The notes under the pieces are model-generated. The model searched no databases. It saw only the letters and a program-made list of their open reading frames with translations, and had not been told where the DNA came from. A stretch of DNA of 57,026 nt, filler included, from Stramenopiles sp. TOSAG23-3 (taxonomy: Eukaryota), in the NCBI GenBank assembly GCA_900128585.1. It is 6 parts of 6 records of this genome, joined end to end, with 100 filler letters (N's around TTAATTAATTAA, not from the genome) between each part and the next. Parts side by side here need not be neighbours in the genome. Positions count along the whole stretch, not along the records: positions 34,179 to 51,127 come from LT642469.1; positions 51,228 to 53,094 come from LT645302.1; positions 53,195 to 55,060 come from LT645303.1; 3 more parts are not named here. One strand, 5' to 3'. The position numbers were made by a program, and so were the translations under genes. Below, in pieces: positions 43,624-53,250 of the stretch (position 1 is the stretch's first letter; the number at the start of each line of letters is the position of its first letter).

Positions 43624-44242
43624 AACGATGCTCCGACTCTTTTATCAGGGGGACACAAAGTTCGTTGTTCGGAAACGAATGATAAATTGACGCGTTGCAC
43701 CACAATCGACGGGTTCTTTCTTTCCTGCAAAGAGTAATACCAACCACGTTTTCAGTTAGATGCATAAATTGAAAGCCTATAAAAACAATCTGAAACGTGA
43801 GGGTTTTGATACATGTCCTACATATAATAAATAACAAAATCAATATGTAATTCTTTGCATGAATATATGTGACTGATGATAATAATGATTTCTATTGTGT
43901 GTATATATATATAATATAATATTTCTATATGTTATTCGTTATCTATTGTGAGTACCCGTACACACTGTAATAGTAGCTAATATATTTAGCTATACATAAA
44001 CACAACAAGGAACTAACTCTAATTCGTTGTATTTTTTAAAGACACCAAAGAAGGAAGGTCTAAAAATTAAAAAATAATATTTAAGAAGGTCTAAAAATAA
44101 CTCCGTCGTTTCAGAAAAAAGTATTATTAAATATTTATTCATTATACCAAGTAGACACTACCGGTACCGTATTAAAATAACAGCCGCCAATTTTCTTGAT
44201 TTAAAACATTTTCATTTTTGAATCACTTAGGTGCTTTGTTAT

Positions 44243-45601
44243 TTAGATTTTTTCTCCTTGATTCAATGTAGTCACCATAAATCGATACAGTACGTCCTTT
44301 GAATACACCCAGGCAAATGAGTTGTCAAAATTAACAGCAATTTCTGTTTCGTCGTTTTCCGTTGCGGTGAACTGAAACGGCACGCTCCATCCGTCTTCGG
44401 CAGTGAGCCTGGTTTTTGGGACAATCTCTGCTCCATTTGCGGACACGGAATAATCTATGCAGTCCGAATTCTCCATCATTTTGAACTCGAAAATGCACGT
44501 CTCCCCTTTCTTGATAGTTTTGGACACGGTTTCTGCAGTTGACACATGAAACTGCATGACACCCTCTTTGCCCAGCAAGTCTTCCCCCAAAACCTCGCCC
44601 ATCGTTCCGATCCCATGCTCCCATTTCGCCGTGGACGACCCCCCAATAAAATCTGGTATCTGGCCCAGATCAATCTCCTTCCCCATGGCCTCCAGCCAGG
44701 ATTCACGGTTCGAAAACGCTTTTAACTTTCCACGTGTTCGTGGCGGCAAAAATTTCGAAATGATGGTAATTCCCGCCGACATCCACCATGGAGCATTCAC
44801 GAAATAGATGGTCTTAGTGGCCTCTGGAAAGTTGTCCAACGCTTGAAATCCCGCAAGAATGTACTGCATGAATGGCCAGTTCGCCCTGGCGCGCGTCAAG
44901 CCAGAGTCCTTTAAATCCCAGACTTGAATTACACCCATATGGGTGACCCCTGCCTGCTGCGCCAACTTTGCGGCGTGAAGTCCGTTCCTAATCGCTTTTA
45001 AGAAGAACTGCCTGACCCAAGCGTTCACACCTGGCCCTCTTGGCCAGCCTTTACCACTATCTACGAGCTCGCCGAGCGTTTGCACGTCCGATTCAAGGCC
45101 TTTCATTTTGTTCGAAACGCCGACGTCGTCAAGGTACCCGTACCGAATGTATAGTACAGGGGCTCCTCGTTTGTCGAACCCGAAAGGGCCGTACGGGCGC
45201 GTGGCGAAGTGCTCTTTGTCTTCCCGGGAATCTTCGACTTCTGCTTGCCGCATTATGTCCCAGAAATCGCCCTTCATCCGACGGCCGGTCGCGAATTTAT
45301 TCCCGAACCAGTCGATGCTGTTTCGTATCATCTCGAACGCTTTTTCTTCGTTCAAGTCCCGAGCGCGCAGAAACTTCAACAGAGTCCCGCGTTTGTAAAA
45401 GTGCGCTCTCCAATTGTCAGGAGGGCGCTCGATGCCGTAGCTTTCCAACATTTTTTTTCGCAATCCAGGGATGAGTCCAAGCTCCTTCTCACTAGCGCCC
45501 TCCGGCTCCAAGTCAGGGCCTTTGTGCCACAGGTCCTTCAGCTGGTCCGCCAAGAGGACAGACGACCCGGCGCCAGCTTCGTTCACGGCAAGGGCAGACA
45601 T
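44243..45601 (-). CDS. Sec14-like CRAL-TRIO lipid-binding protein with C-terminal GOLD domain
   Basis: LLKFLRARDLN..KA..M, GFDKRGAPV, NFPEATKTIYFVNAPWW, IPDFIGG, FDNSFAWVYSK. Start at ATG 45601. Confidence 0.9.
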   Translation of the reverse strand: MSALAVNEAGAGSSVLLADQLKDLWHKGPDLEPEGASEKELGLIPGLRKKMLESYGIERPPDNWRAHFYKRGTLLKFLRARDLNEEKAFEMIRNSIDWFGNKFATGRRMKGDFWDIMRQAEVEDSREDKEHFATRPYGPFGFDKRGAPVLYIRYGYLDDVGVSNKMKGLESDVQTLGELVDSGKGWPRGPGVNAWVRQFFLKAIRNGLHAAKLAQQAGVTHMGVIQVWDLKDSGLTRARANWPFMQYILAGFQALDNFPEATKTIYFVNAPWWMSAGITIISKFLPPRTRGKLKAFSNRESWLEAMGKEIDLGQIPDFIGGSSTAKWEHGIGTMGEVLGEDLLGKEGVMQFHVSTAETVSKTIKKGETCIFEFKMMENSDCIDYSVSANGAEIVPKTRLTAEDGWSVPFQFTATENDETEIAVNFDNSFAWVYSKDVLYRFMVTTLNQGEKI

Positions 45602-46069
45602 GGTAGTTTCAAAAGTTAACAATCGTTAAATAATAAAACCTTACCTCGTGTTTTTTACGTATACGTACCTACCAAATTCAAAGCTTGCTATTTCTTCCCG
45701 TTTCCGCATACAATATATGTATAAAATTTAAATATGTATTTGTTCGTTCATCGTCTTCTTTTTTTTTTTTAGTTGTTCTTCCTTTCAAAATAATTTCTTC
45801 TCTTCAACCACCCCTCGCCCCGTCGTTCTCGACAGACCTTTTCTGTCTGTAACTCCTCCTCCTCCTCCTCTAAAATAATTTTTTACTTTTTAATGTCTAG
45901 TATAATATAATATATACACAGCAGCATATAGTTTCAGCACCATTTTTTTTTTATCGAGCGGATGATGATCAGCACTCGGAGTTATTAGTCTATAATAGTA
46001 GCACTCGTAGTCTGTTCAAAAATATCCCCGGCGGTTGATGATTGATGATTAGATATTTATTGTACAATA

Positions 46070-46225
46070 TCTTCTTCTCTCTCTCTTCTCTTCGTAAAAT
46101 CGTCCCTCCTTCTTCTTCTTCTTTTTCTTTTTTTTCTCTTCTTCTTTTTCTTCTTCTTCTTCTTCTTCTTCTTCATCATTCTCTTCCTTCTTCTTCATTC
46201 TCTTCCTTCTTCTATTATTCTTCTT
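46070..46225. repeat. Degenerate (CTT)n tract
   Basis: Seen directly. Confidence 0.85.
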
Positions 46226-46437
46226 GATGAATATTATCATGCGGTTTCATTTCTTCATCATGATTCTTCGGATTCCATTTCCAATTCTTAAACGAATGAA
46301 AATGATAATCCAATAGAAACAGGGATGGTTGAGTATCTGATTCTTAAAATATCCACATTTGTATTAGCTTGAAGTACAATCTTCCTGAAAGGAGAGACAA
46401 AACGCACTGCCGGCTGTCCCTTTGGAAACGCGCAACA

Positions 46438-47577
46438 ATGCCAGTCAGGAAGCGGTCTTCTACGAACAATAGCCGTGCGAAGAAAACCAAACCGGTCGAA
46501 GCGCAAGCTTCGGGTGAAGATAATCGTGAATACACATGGCAAGTCATCCGCCCATTATTAGTGTTGTGCATAGCCGGGGTCGTTATGAACTTGTGCATGT
46601 ACGTCGAGGCGCACCCTACAGGGGGCAACCCGGCTGGGGACGCGACGCAGATCTTGGACACTGGGTTTGTGTTGACCGTAAAGTCGCACGCGTTTCTAGA
46701 GAAAAACCCTTTGATTAACGACATTGCCGCCTTTGCAAATTCAGTGCTGGTCGTAGCGGTGCTGACGTACGTCCTATACGTGACGCTGTGGATAGGAGAC
46801 TTTGGGCTTGCGTTTCGCCTTCTCTTCAGTCAGTTCTTTAGAGCATATTGCGGCTGGGTTACTTACCTCCCGCCGAGCAAAGAATTTTTACAGTCCCAGT
46901 ACGACGTGCCGGAAATTCTAACCAGTGGGGCCATGAATGCCATGTTGAGGCTTCAGTTTCCCGTGACATCTGTTACAAATTCTTCGGAAGCGCTGAGCCC
47001 ATTCGTTAGCTTCTTTAGCGGCCACGTGGCGAACGTTGTTATCGTTGCCAACCATATGTACCACAACGGCAATAAAAGTTTGGGCCTTTGGGCACACTTC
47101 TTCAACGCACTCCAAATTTATCGATTGCTTGCCACAAGAGGCCATTACAGCATCGACATTATTGTAGGCTGGATCGTTGCGGTTTACGTGTCAAACCCAG
47201 CTGAACGCGTGGGGTTGTACTTTTCTACGGTTTCCAGGGAAGAACTGGTCAAACGAATGCTGCGGAAAAGAAAGTCGCCGCTTCGATGGTTCGAGCGCTT
47301 GGTCGACGCGGATCAAAACTCTTTCCCCCAGTTACGCAGGACGCCGGAGAAACCCGTACTCAGAAAATTTGTGGAAGGCGTGGCAGAGAAAGCAAACGAG
47401 GCGATCGAAGTGAATAGAAATAACATGAAAGATGTTCTTGATGATTTGCAGGCACAACACCACAAAAATGTTTCCGTGCTAAAGGAGGCGTTCAAGACAG
47501 GGAGCTTGCGGGATTTGCAGATCTCCTCCGAGGGTATTAAGTTGAAGTTACAGCGAGTAACCGAGAGAGTGCGGTAA
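46438..47577 (+). CDS. Phosphatidylcholine:diacylglycerol cholinephosphotransferase (ROD1/PDCT)-like, sphingomyelin-synthase/PAP2 superfamily
   Basis: LDTGFVLT, FRAYCGWVTYLPPSKEFL, FFSGHVA and RLLATRGHYSIDIIVG catalytic motifs; several TM helices. Start at ATG 46438. Confidence 0.8.
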   Translation: MPVRKRSSTNNSRAKKTKPVEAQASGEDNREYTWQVIRPLLVLCIAGVVMNLCMYVEAHPTGGNPAGDATQILDTGFVLTVKSHAFLEKNPLINDIAAFANSVLVVAVLTYVLYVTLWIGDFGLAFRLLFSQFFRAYCGWVTYLPPSKEFLQSQYDVPEILTSGAMNAMLRLQFPVTSVTNSSEALSPFVSFFSGHVANVVIVANHMYHNGNKSLGLWAHFFNALQIYRLLATRGHYSIDIIVGWIVAVYVSNPAERVGLYFSTVSREELVKRMLRKRKSPLRWFERLVDADQNSFPQLRRTPEKPVLRKFVEGVAEKANEAIEVNRNNMKDVLDDLQAQHHKNVSVLKEAFKTGSLRDLQISSEGIKLKLQRVTERVR

Positions 47578-47860
47578 AGGGTGGTTCAGGCGAGGACTTA
47601 CTCCTACTTTGTACTTTCGTAAGGCGTAAACCGTTGAACCCGAACCTCTCTTAATTCGTACAAAGTATTAATACAATTCCCATGTCTTACTGTGGTAAAA
47701 TCGTTCAATAAAAGAATTAATTTAAGAGTGTAATTAAAATTAAGAATTTTTATATTTTTACAAAAGTACTTCGTAAAATGAAGTCTCAGAATAATCTCAC
47801 ATTTTTTTAAAAGTGAATTAAATCACCACAAGTAATTGCAATTTTCGCATCGAATTTCTT

Positions 47861-48772
47861 TCAGTGGCCAAGTTTCCTGTACAGTCGATAGACACGACGC
47901 GAGTTCTGCGTTCGACGACTTGAAATTGGTCTGCCACTAGGTGGAGGATGTACTATCCCCCTGATAAATATCTTTTCTTTGTGACTATTTCTCACTGATT
48001 TTCTAAATTTTTGTAGATCAAAATAAGGAAGATTTGTGGTTGTTCTCGGCCTCGCAAACAATTGACGCGGGAGTGCAACGGTAGCCTCAGGCCTCGCCGG
48101 AACTACAAGGATAGGTCGAGGTGGGGAACCCCTGCGACCTTGAACGTTGAATGACTTGGGTGTTCTTGATCTAAATGCACTCTCCGCACCATGAATTTTA
48201 ATTCTACTTTTATTCGGACGGGAAATGTTGTAAGCGCATGGGGACGGTAAGCTGGCGCTGCTGGACTTGGTGAATCTAGGGCTGGTGCCGAACTTGAAGG
48301 CTGCCGATCGACGCTTTCCGTTGAGGACTTCAACATTATTGCTCCTTGTTGCCGTTTTGCCGGCGTTTGACCGCTGCTGAGTGGACACCAGTAGGGATGC
48401 TTTGCTTGCATTCACAGCGTCACTCTTTTTTAACGGGCGTCGGTTGACAGAGTATGGTACGAGTCCTCTGATTGTTCGTCCACGTTCCAAGTCTAAAATG
48501 CTGAGGCTTTGATATTCCGTTTCTTTTTGTAAAACCAAGCTCGAAATTACCGTACTCCGTATAGGCGAATACACAACGGGGTATGAGGGGGCATCCGTAC
48601 TTTTTACAGAAAACCTTATGTTTGGAATGCCCCCGACAGGCAAAGCAGGAGCCATTTTATACGTTCCACTTGCCTTGCGCATGGTGGATGGCTTCTTCTC
48701 CGCATACATACGGGGGGACGTTGGGCATTTCGAACATGACAATAAAAATGATGAATTCTTCTTTCCAGCCAT
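47861..48772 (-). CDS. Basic low-complexity protein with a SHIPPO/STPG-like repeat (possible axonemal microtubule-associated protein)
   Basis: FKFGTSPRF...PSPCAY...SAFRSRTP resembles ODF3/STPG repeats; otherwise unrecognised. Confidence 0.5.
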   Translation of the reverse strand: MAGKKNSSFLLSCSKCPTSPRMYAEKKPSTMRKASGTYKMAPALPVGGIPNIRFSVKSTDAPSYPVVYSPIRSTVISSLVLQKETEYQSLSILDLERGRTIRGLVPYSVNRRPLKKSDAVNASKASLLVSTQQRSNAGKTATRSNNVEVLNGKRRSAAFKFGTSPRFTKSSSASLPSPCAYNISRPNKSRIKIHGAESAFRSRTPKSFNVQGRRGSPPRPILVVPARPEATVALPRQLFARPRTTTNLPYFDLQKFRKSVRNSHKEKIFIRGIVHPPPSGRPISSRRTQNSRRVYRLYRKLGH

Positions 48773-49273
48773 CGCGCACGCCGATTCCTCTTTTTCTCTT
48801 TACCTCTGTGCTGCCCTTTCGTATTCAATTCCCTGCATGGCAAAGATATTTTAAATCCTCGTCCTATTTCATGCGACATTTACATTTTTTCATTCAATAA
48901 AAGTATATGTAAAATAAGTGTTGTTGTAACGAATAATATAATAAATTGTGTTGTACGACCACAGCAGAGGAGAGGGGTAAAAATAAAAAATTTAAATAAA
49001 AATATAATAAAATAATAACAAAAGAAGGAGGTGTTGTACATACTATACTGTAGAACTCATTCTTTTGAAAGAATAAACCAGGAGGGAAGGACGGTATTAT
49101 ATGGTATTATATTTTACAGGAAGGAGGTATTAATGATATAGGAGGTAAAAAAAATTTATTAAATATACCTGGTTCGTGACGGTATTTATTAATATTTAGT
49201 TTTTTTTAATCCTTTTTATTACTACAAAAAGGAGTATTAAAATATTATTGAAAATAAATTGTAAAATTAGTTC

Positions 49274-50533
49274 TTAGTCCTCCTCTGCTAATTCTTCGAG
49301 AAAATTTTGAGAAAGGTGGGCACCATACAAGCACATGACTCCTAAAACACCACTCAAAAAGTAAAAGTTATACCGAGCCCTCGAGATTTCAGCAGGGGAA
49401 CGGTTGTTGTCGTTGCCTGGGCCAGCGGCCCCGGCGTCGCTGCTTGCGTTCGGCGTGGGGATGTCTGCATTCGTTTTCTCGTAAAAACGGGCCTGTTCGA
49501 ACGAACCTTTCAATCCACTGTTGCGCTCGGTAGAGCTGGGCCCAGGTGTTTTGTCGGGTTGTTCGCCGGCAGTACTGGCGCTTCCTTCGCCCGATTTGAC
49601 CGCTTCCGCGGCTTTCTTTTTGGCCGCCTCGTCCCGCTTCGCAGCAGCTATGGCCTGGTGCTGCTTTTTCCGCCTCACGCCATTGAGGTAAAAGTTGTTC
49701 GCGCAGTTCACTTCGACGTGCCCTGGTAAAGCGCCGTTTTGGGAGAAGTATATGTTTTGAACGTTCGTAAAGTGCTTCCACAGGAGTGGGAATTTGGAAC
49801 GAAACAGGCCGCTAAAGCTGGAGACTTTCTCGTACATGGCCTCTGCTACGTGGCCAAACACGACCGCATCGGCAGTTGTTGGATTCAAAGAATTGTGAAA
49901 AAAGGGCGACGAAGACTCGCCCAGCAGGGCCTCCAAGATGGAATAGGAGTTTTCCGTCGACTGCGCTATTTCATTTTTTGACAATCTGCAAAAACCCCTT
50001 GCGCTCAGTGCGCTGAACGCATGCTGCCCCGAATGAAATGCTACCGGCGACAGGGCAGCGGGCAAAACGGAGTGGGCGTGCCGTACCAGAAAATTAAATG
50101 GGAAATATTTGTTCCCAAAGCCGTACGCCTGCACCATTTCCTCGCCAAAGGCTTGCTTAAAGTCCGTCGGCGAAGTCTCCCAGTCCCCTTTCCAACCCAT
50201 CCAGCGACTGTAAAGCAGCGACACGTCTAGCTTTTCCTGCACCAATACTTCGATTAGTCGGTTCGTACAACGCTGGAATTCTGTTAGCTCGTTGTCCAAG
50301 TCCACCACGTTCTCCCTCAAATACGACAGGATGTTGTGTGAAGGAACAAGACGAAGTTTGTTCGAAACATTTGAATTGTGACGAAGCTGGGGTAGCGGGC
50401 CCGTGCTCGTTGCGAACGGATATATTGAGTTTTCTACTGTAAAGTGCACCGAACCGAACTGCAAATACGCTTGGACAGCGTACGCAGGCCGATACTGAAT
50501 CAGGTGCAATTTTTTCTTCTCCGTCCCGGCCAT
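49274..50533 (-). CDS. Metaxin-like protein (mitochondrial outer membrane SAM complex)
   Basis: AVQAYLQF...STGPLPQL N-domain; GST-like C-domain LEALLGE..FFHN..PTTADAVVFGH; C-terminal TM. Confidence 0.8.
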   Translation of the reverse strand: MAGTEKKKLHLIQYRPAYAVQAYLQFGSVHFTVENSIYPFATSTGPLPQLRHNSNVSNKLRLVPSHNILSYLRENVVDLDNELTEFQRCTNRLIEVLVQEKLDVSLLYSRWMGWKGDWETSPTDFKQAFGEEMVQAYGFGNKYFPFNFLVRHAHSVLPAALSPVAFHSGQHAFSALSARGFCRLSKNEIAQSTENSYSILEALLGESSSPFFHNSLNPTTADAVVFGHVAEAMYEKVSSFSGLFRSKFPLLWKHFTNVQNIYFSQNGALPGHVEVNCANNFYLNGVRRKKQHQAIAAAKRDEAAKKKAAEAVKSGEGSASTAGEQPDKTPGPSSTERNSGLKGSFEQARFYEKTNADIPTPNASSDAGAAGPGNDNNRSPAEISRARYNFYFLSGVLGVMCLYGAHLSQNFLEELAEED

Positions 50534-50720
50534 CGTTGTTTGTCGTACGAGCAGATAGGAAGACCAGGGAGACAGATATTGGAAGAAAAGACTATTATAG
50601 CTCGTCCGCTCTCTTCAAATTTAATCAATGATCCACTTTCCAACATGAAACAAAAGCATTTTATTTCAAATCAATAAACAACCAGTCACTTTTTTTTCCC
50701 CAGACCTTCTCATCGGTCGA

Positions 50721-50751
50721 CGGTCCGGTCCGGTCCGGTCCGGTCCGGTCC
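50721..50751. repeat. (CGGTC)6 pentamer repeat upstream of metaxin
   Basis: Seen directly. Confidence 0.9.
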
Positions 50752-51127
50752 TTCCACCAAATGCCCAAAAATGCCCCCTCCCGAGTTTTATTTAGTATAC
50801 TGTATGTATTGTACTTGTTTTGATAATTACCTATCACATTATAAAATGGTAATTAGTGCCGTGCCAATTTAAATAGCTTAATAGAAGAAAGCGTGAGTGG
50901 ACTGACAAAGGCCTTGCTTGGATTACGTATTCTTCTATGCTCATTCCATTATCCCTATAACACATATCCTTAATTAATGGCTTATCTTCTTGTCCATCCC
51001 ATCCCTCCTTCCCTATTTTTCAATTGTACCTTGGGCCTGGGCCTTGGCTTGGCGAGGAAGGAAGAAGGAGGATGATTGAAAAAATGGCTAAAAATGTCCG
51101 TTTTTTGTTGTGTGATCTGTGTGCTAC

Positions 51128-51227
51128 NNNNNNNNNNNNNNNNNNNNNNNNNNNNNNNNNNNNNNNNNNNNTTAATTAATTAANNNNNNNNNNNNNNNNN
51201 NNNNNNNNNNNNNNNNNNNNNNNNNNN
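51128..51227. other. Assembly gap/linker
   Basis: 44 N + TTAATTAATTAA + 44 N. Confidence 0.98.
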
Positions 51228-51370
51228 AAAATCGAGATAGGATTAGGGTTGGATTTGAAGTAGTATTTGATTTAAAATGAGAGTCTTAAAACATACTATA
51301 TAATTTGTTTTTTTTTCATGTACTTGAATTTCCAACGATATCAAATGACCCATAATCAACTTCCTCATCC
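51228..51370 (+). repeat. Dispersed repeat segment
   Basis: 51228-51322 is the reverse complement of about 32626-32720; TAATCAACTTCCTCATC at about 51354 is shared with copy D (about 40294). Confidence 0.85.
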
Positions 51371-51418
51371 GATATCCCACTCACAGATGAGTCAGACCTT
51401 GTGTAATTTTTTTGAATT

Positions 51419-52185
51419 TTAAAAATTAGATTTATGTGCCTGCACCAATTTGCTCTTAAAATATTCAATCCCATGCCCGCTTAAATCAGCAGGTGCAACG
51501 CGTCTATAGTTTAATGGGTTAAGTGATTTCATCGTTATGCTGTGGTCTTTTGCCTCAATCATTTTTGATTTTGCTACTGTAACTTTCATGTCCTTCGCGC
51601 GAATTTTTTCGCGAACAACTACATAAGTACAGTTTTCGGTGCAAGCACATGCTACTGTGCATGTTTGAGGAGTTGGCGACATCCCATTCAGTACAGGTGT
51701 CAACTGATGAATTCCCACATCCGCATGGCTGCTTTGACCATGAGAGTTGTTTCCAAACCCAAACGTTTTGCCCCGACTACCCAGTGCAATTGTGTGGTTA
51801 AATCCGCAATATACTTTGACTACATGCACCCTTTCCAACACACTCTGCACGCGTTGAGGATTTAATACAATATCGAATGGCCCTAAGTTGGATGAGTAGT
51901 TCTTCTGTCGTGATGGAGATAGGTCTTGGTTATGTCCTAATTGCCCGTAACTGTTTCTTCCAAATGTAAATAAACTTCCCTCCGCAGTGACTATACCTGA
52001 ATGTCGCAAACCACATGCAGCATATGTTACAATAGATCTCGCGTTTATGGCATCATCGTCTGCGGTTTGACGAACGTGCGTTGTGCAGGAACCAATTCGC
52101 TTTGGGCGAAACTGGTTTATCTCATTACCTAGTCCCAATCTACCATCACCTCCAAAACCAAATGAATATCCCGCACCTTTCTCGG
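51419..52185 (-). CDS. RCC1-repeat protein, C-terminal fragment
   Basis: YSFGFGGDGRLGLG, ACGLRHSGIVTAEGSLFTFGRNSYGQLG, CGFNHTIAL...FGFGNNSHGQ. No proper start; joined out of frame to the upstream fragment. Confidence 0.75.
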
Positions 52186-53094
52186 TGGTTAACCGTCGCA
52201 AGATTAAAATCATCCAACAGGTCGACGCCTTCTTCATTTTCTGTGATGATCTGAACGCCGACAATTTGTTCAAGGTTAGTGTTGTTGCTAGTTGTATTGC
52301 CGTCTTCACCCGGCCCCATGTCTGCCCCATCACCCAATGTATTTTCAATTACATTGCCGTCCTCATCTAAATTAAACGCAAACTGCTTCTTTGCCCACTC
52401 CGAAGAGGGGTGTGTTACCCCCATTTCTGGCATAAAATCGCTCACTTCCCAACTGGTCCCCTCCCGAAAATAACCCCTCTGTTCAAGGTCAAGGTTTTTG
52501 ACTCCCAAACATGCCCATTCAAAGTTACATTCATAAAATTCCACCATTCCAGGGCGGCGAGCACGCCAAAAGCCGAACAAAGGCTTCACGCCTTTCCAGT
52601 ATACATTTCCCATGCAGCTGGCACCTTCTGGACACGGAACGCATTCCCATTTTTGAGCGTCGGGGAGGAACTCGTCTCCATACAAATCGTTCACTAGCGT
52701 GGTCAATGCCATGAGTTTGCCTTCCCCGTAATTCAACGCAGTGACGCGTGTTTCTAGGTATCGTTTATCCCCGCATTTTTTACTCGTTCTGTAAGGCAGA
52801 AACTTCGTAAACGGGTTTGGGTTCTCAGTGTATGGCGACCCAGAGCCTCGCAGTGGAACGAGCATTGGGATGTCCCCAATTTTTTTCGGATCCGGCATCA
52901 GCACGGGCACAATGCGAGCGTAAACGTTGTCATCGAAAATATTTTCTTTCGTATTCGCGAAGATGTTGCCGCACAAAAACATCGACAATCCTTCGAACCT
53001 ACTGCCTAACCGTGAAACACAGGGGTACATCATCAACGGAACTTCCCATATGCAAACGATTTGGGTTTCACCAGATACTTGCCACTCTTCGACT
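52146..53094 (-). CDS. Internal fragment of a Cys-rich extracellular protein
   Basis: Frame open from the gap; WECVPCPEGASC.G...VKPLFGFWR...FYECNFEWACLG. It ends just after entering RCC1 sequence in another frame. Confidence 0.6.
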
Positions 53095-53194
53095 NNNNNN
53101 NNNNNNNNNNNNNNNNNNNNNNNNNNNNNNNNNNNNNNTTAATTAATTAANNNNNNNNNNNNNNNNNNNNNNNNNNNNNNNNNNNNNNNNNNNN
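53095..53194. other. Assembly gap/linker
   Basis: 44 N + TTAATTAATTAA + 44 N. Confidence 0.98.
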
Positions 53195-53250
53195 CAAATG
53201 TGGGATCGTAAGGTTCAAGACCAAAAGAGAAGGTCTACCCGTCCCTAGAC

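Noticed and set aside
43583-43843. 86-aa ORF overlapping the start of the coiled-coil gene
   Set aside because: No motif, non-ATG start in AT-rich DNA; a link by intron or frameshift could not be supported.
45958-46050. Possible C/D box snoRNA (ATGATGA)
   Set aside because: No matching CTGA box D or terminal stem; GAT repeats are common here.
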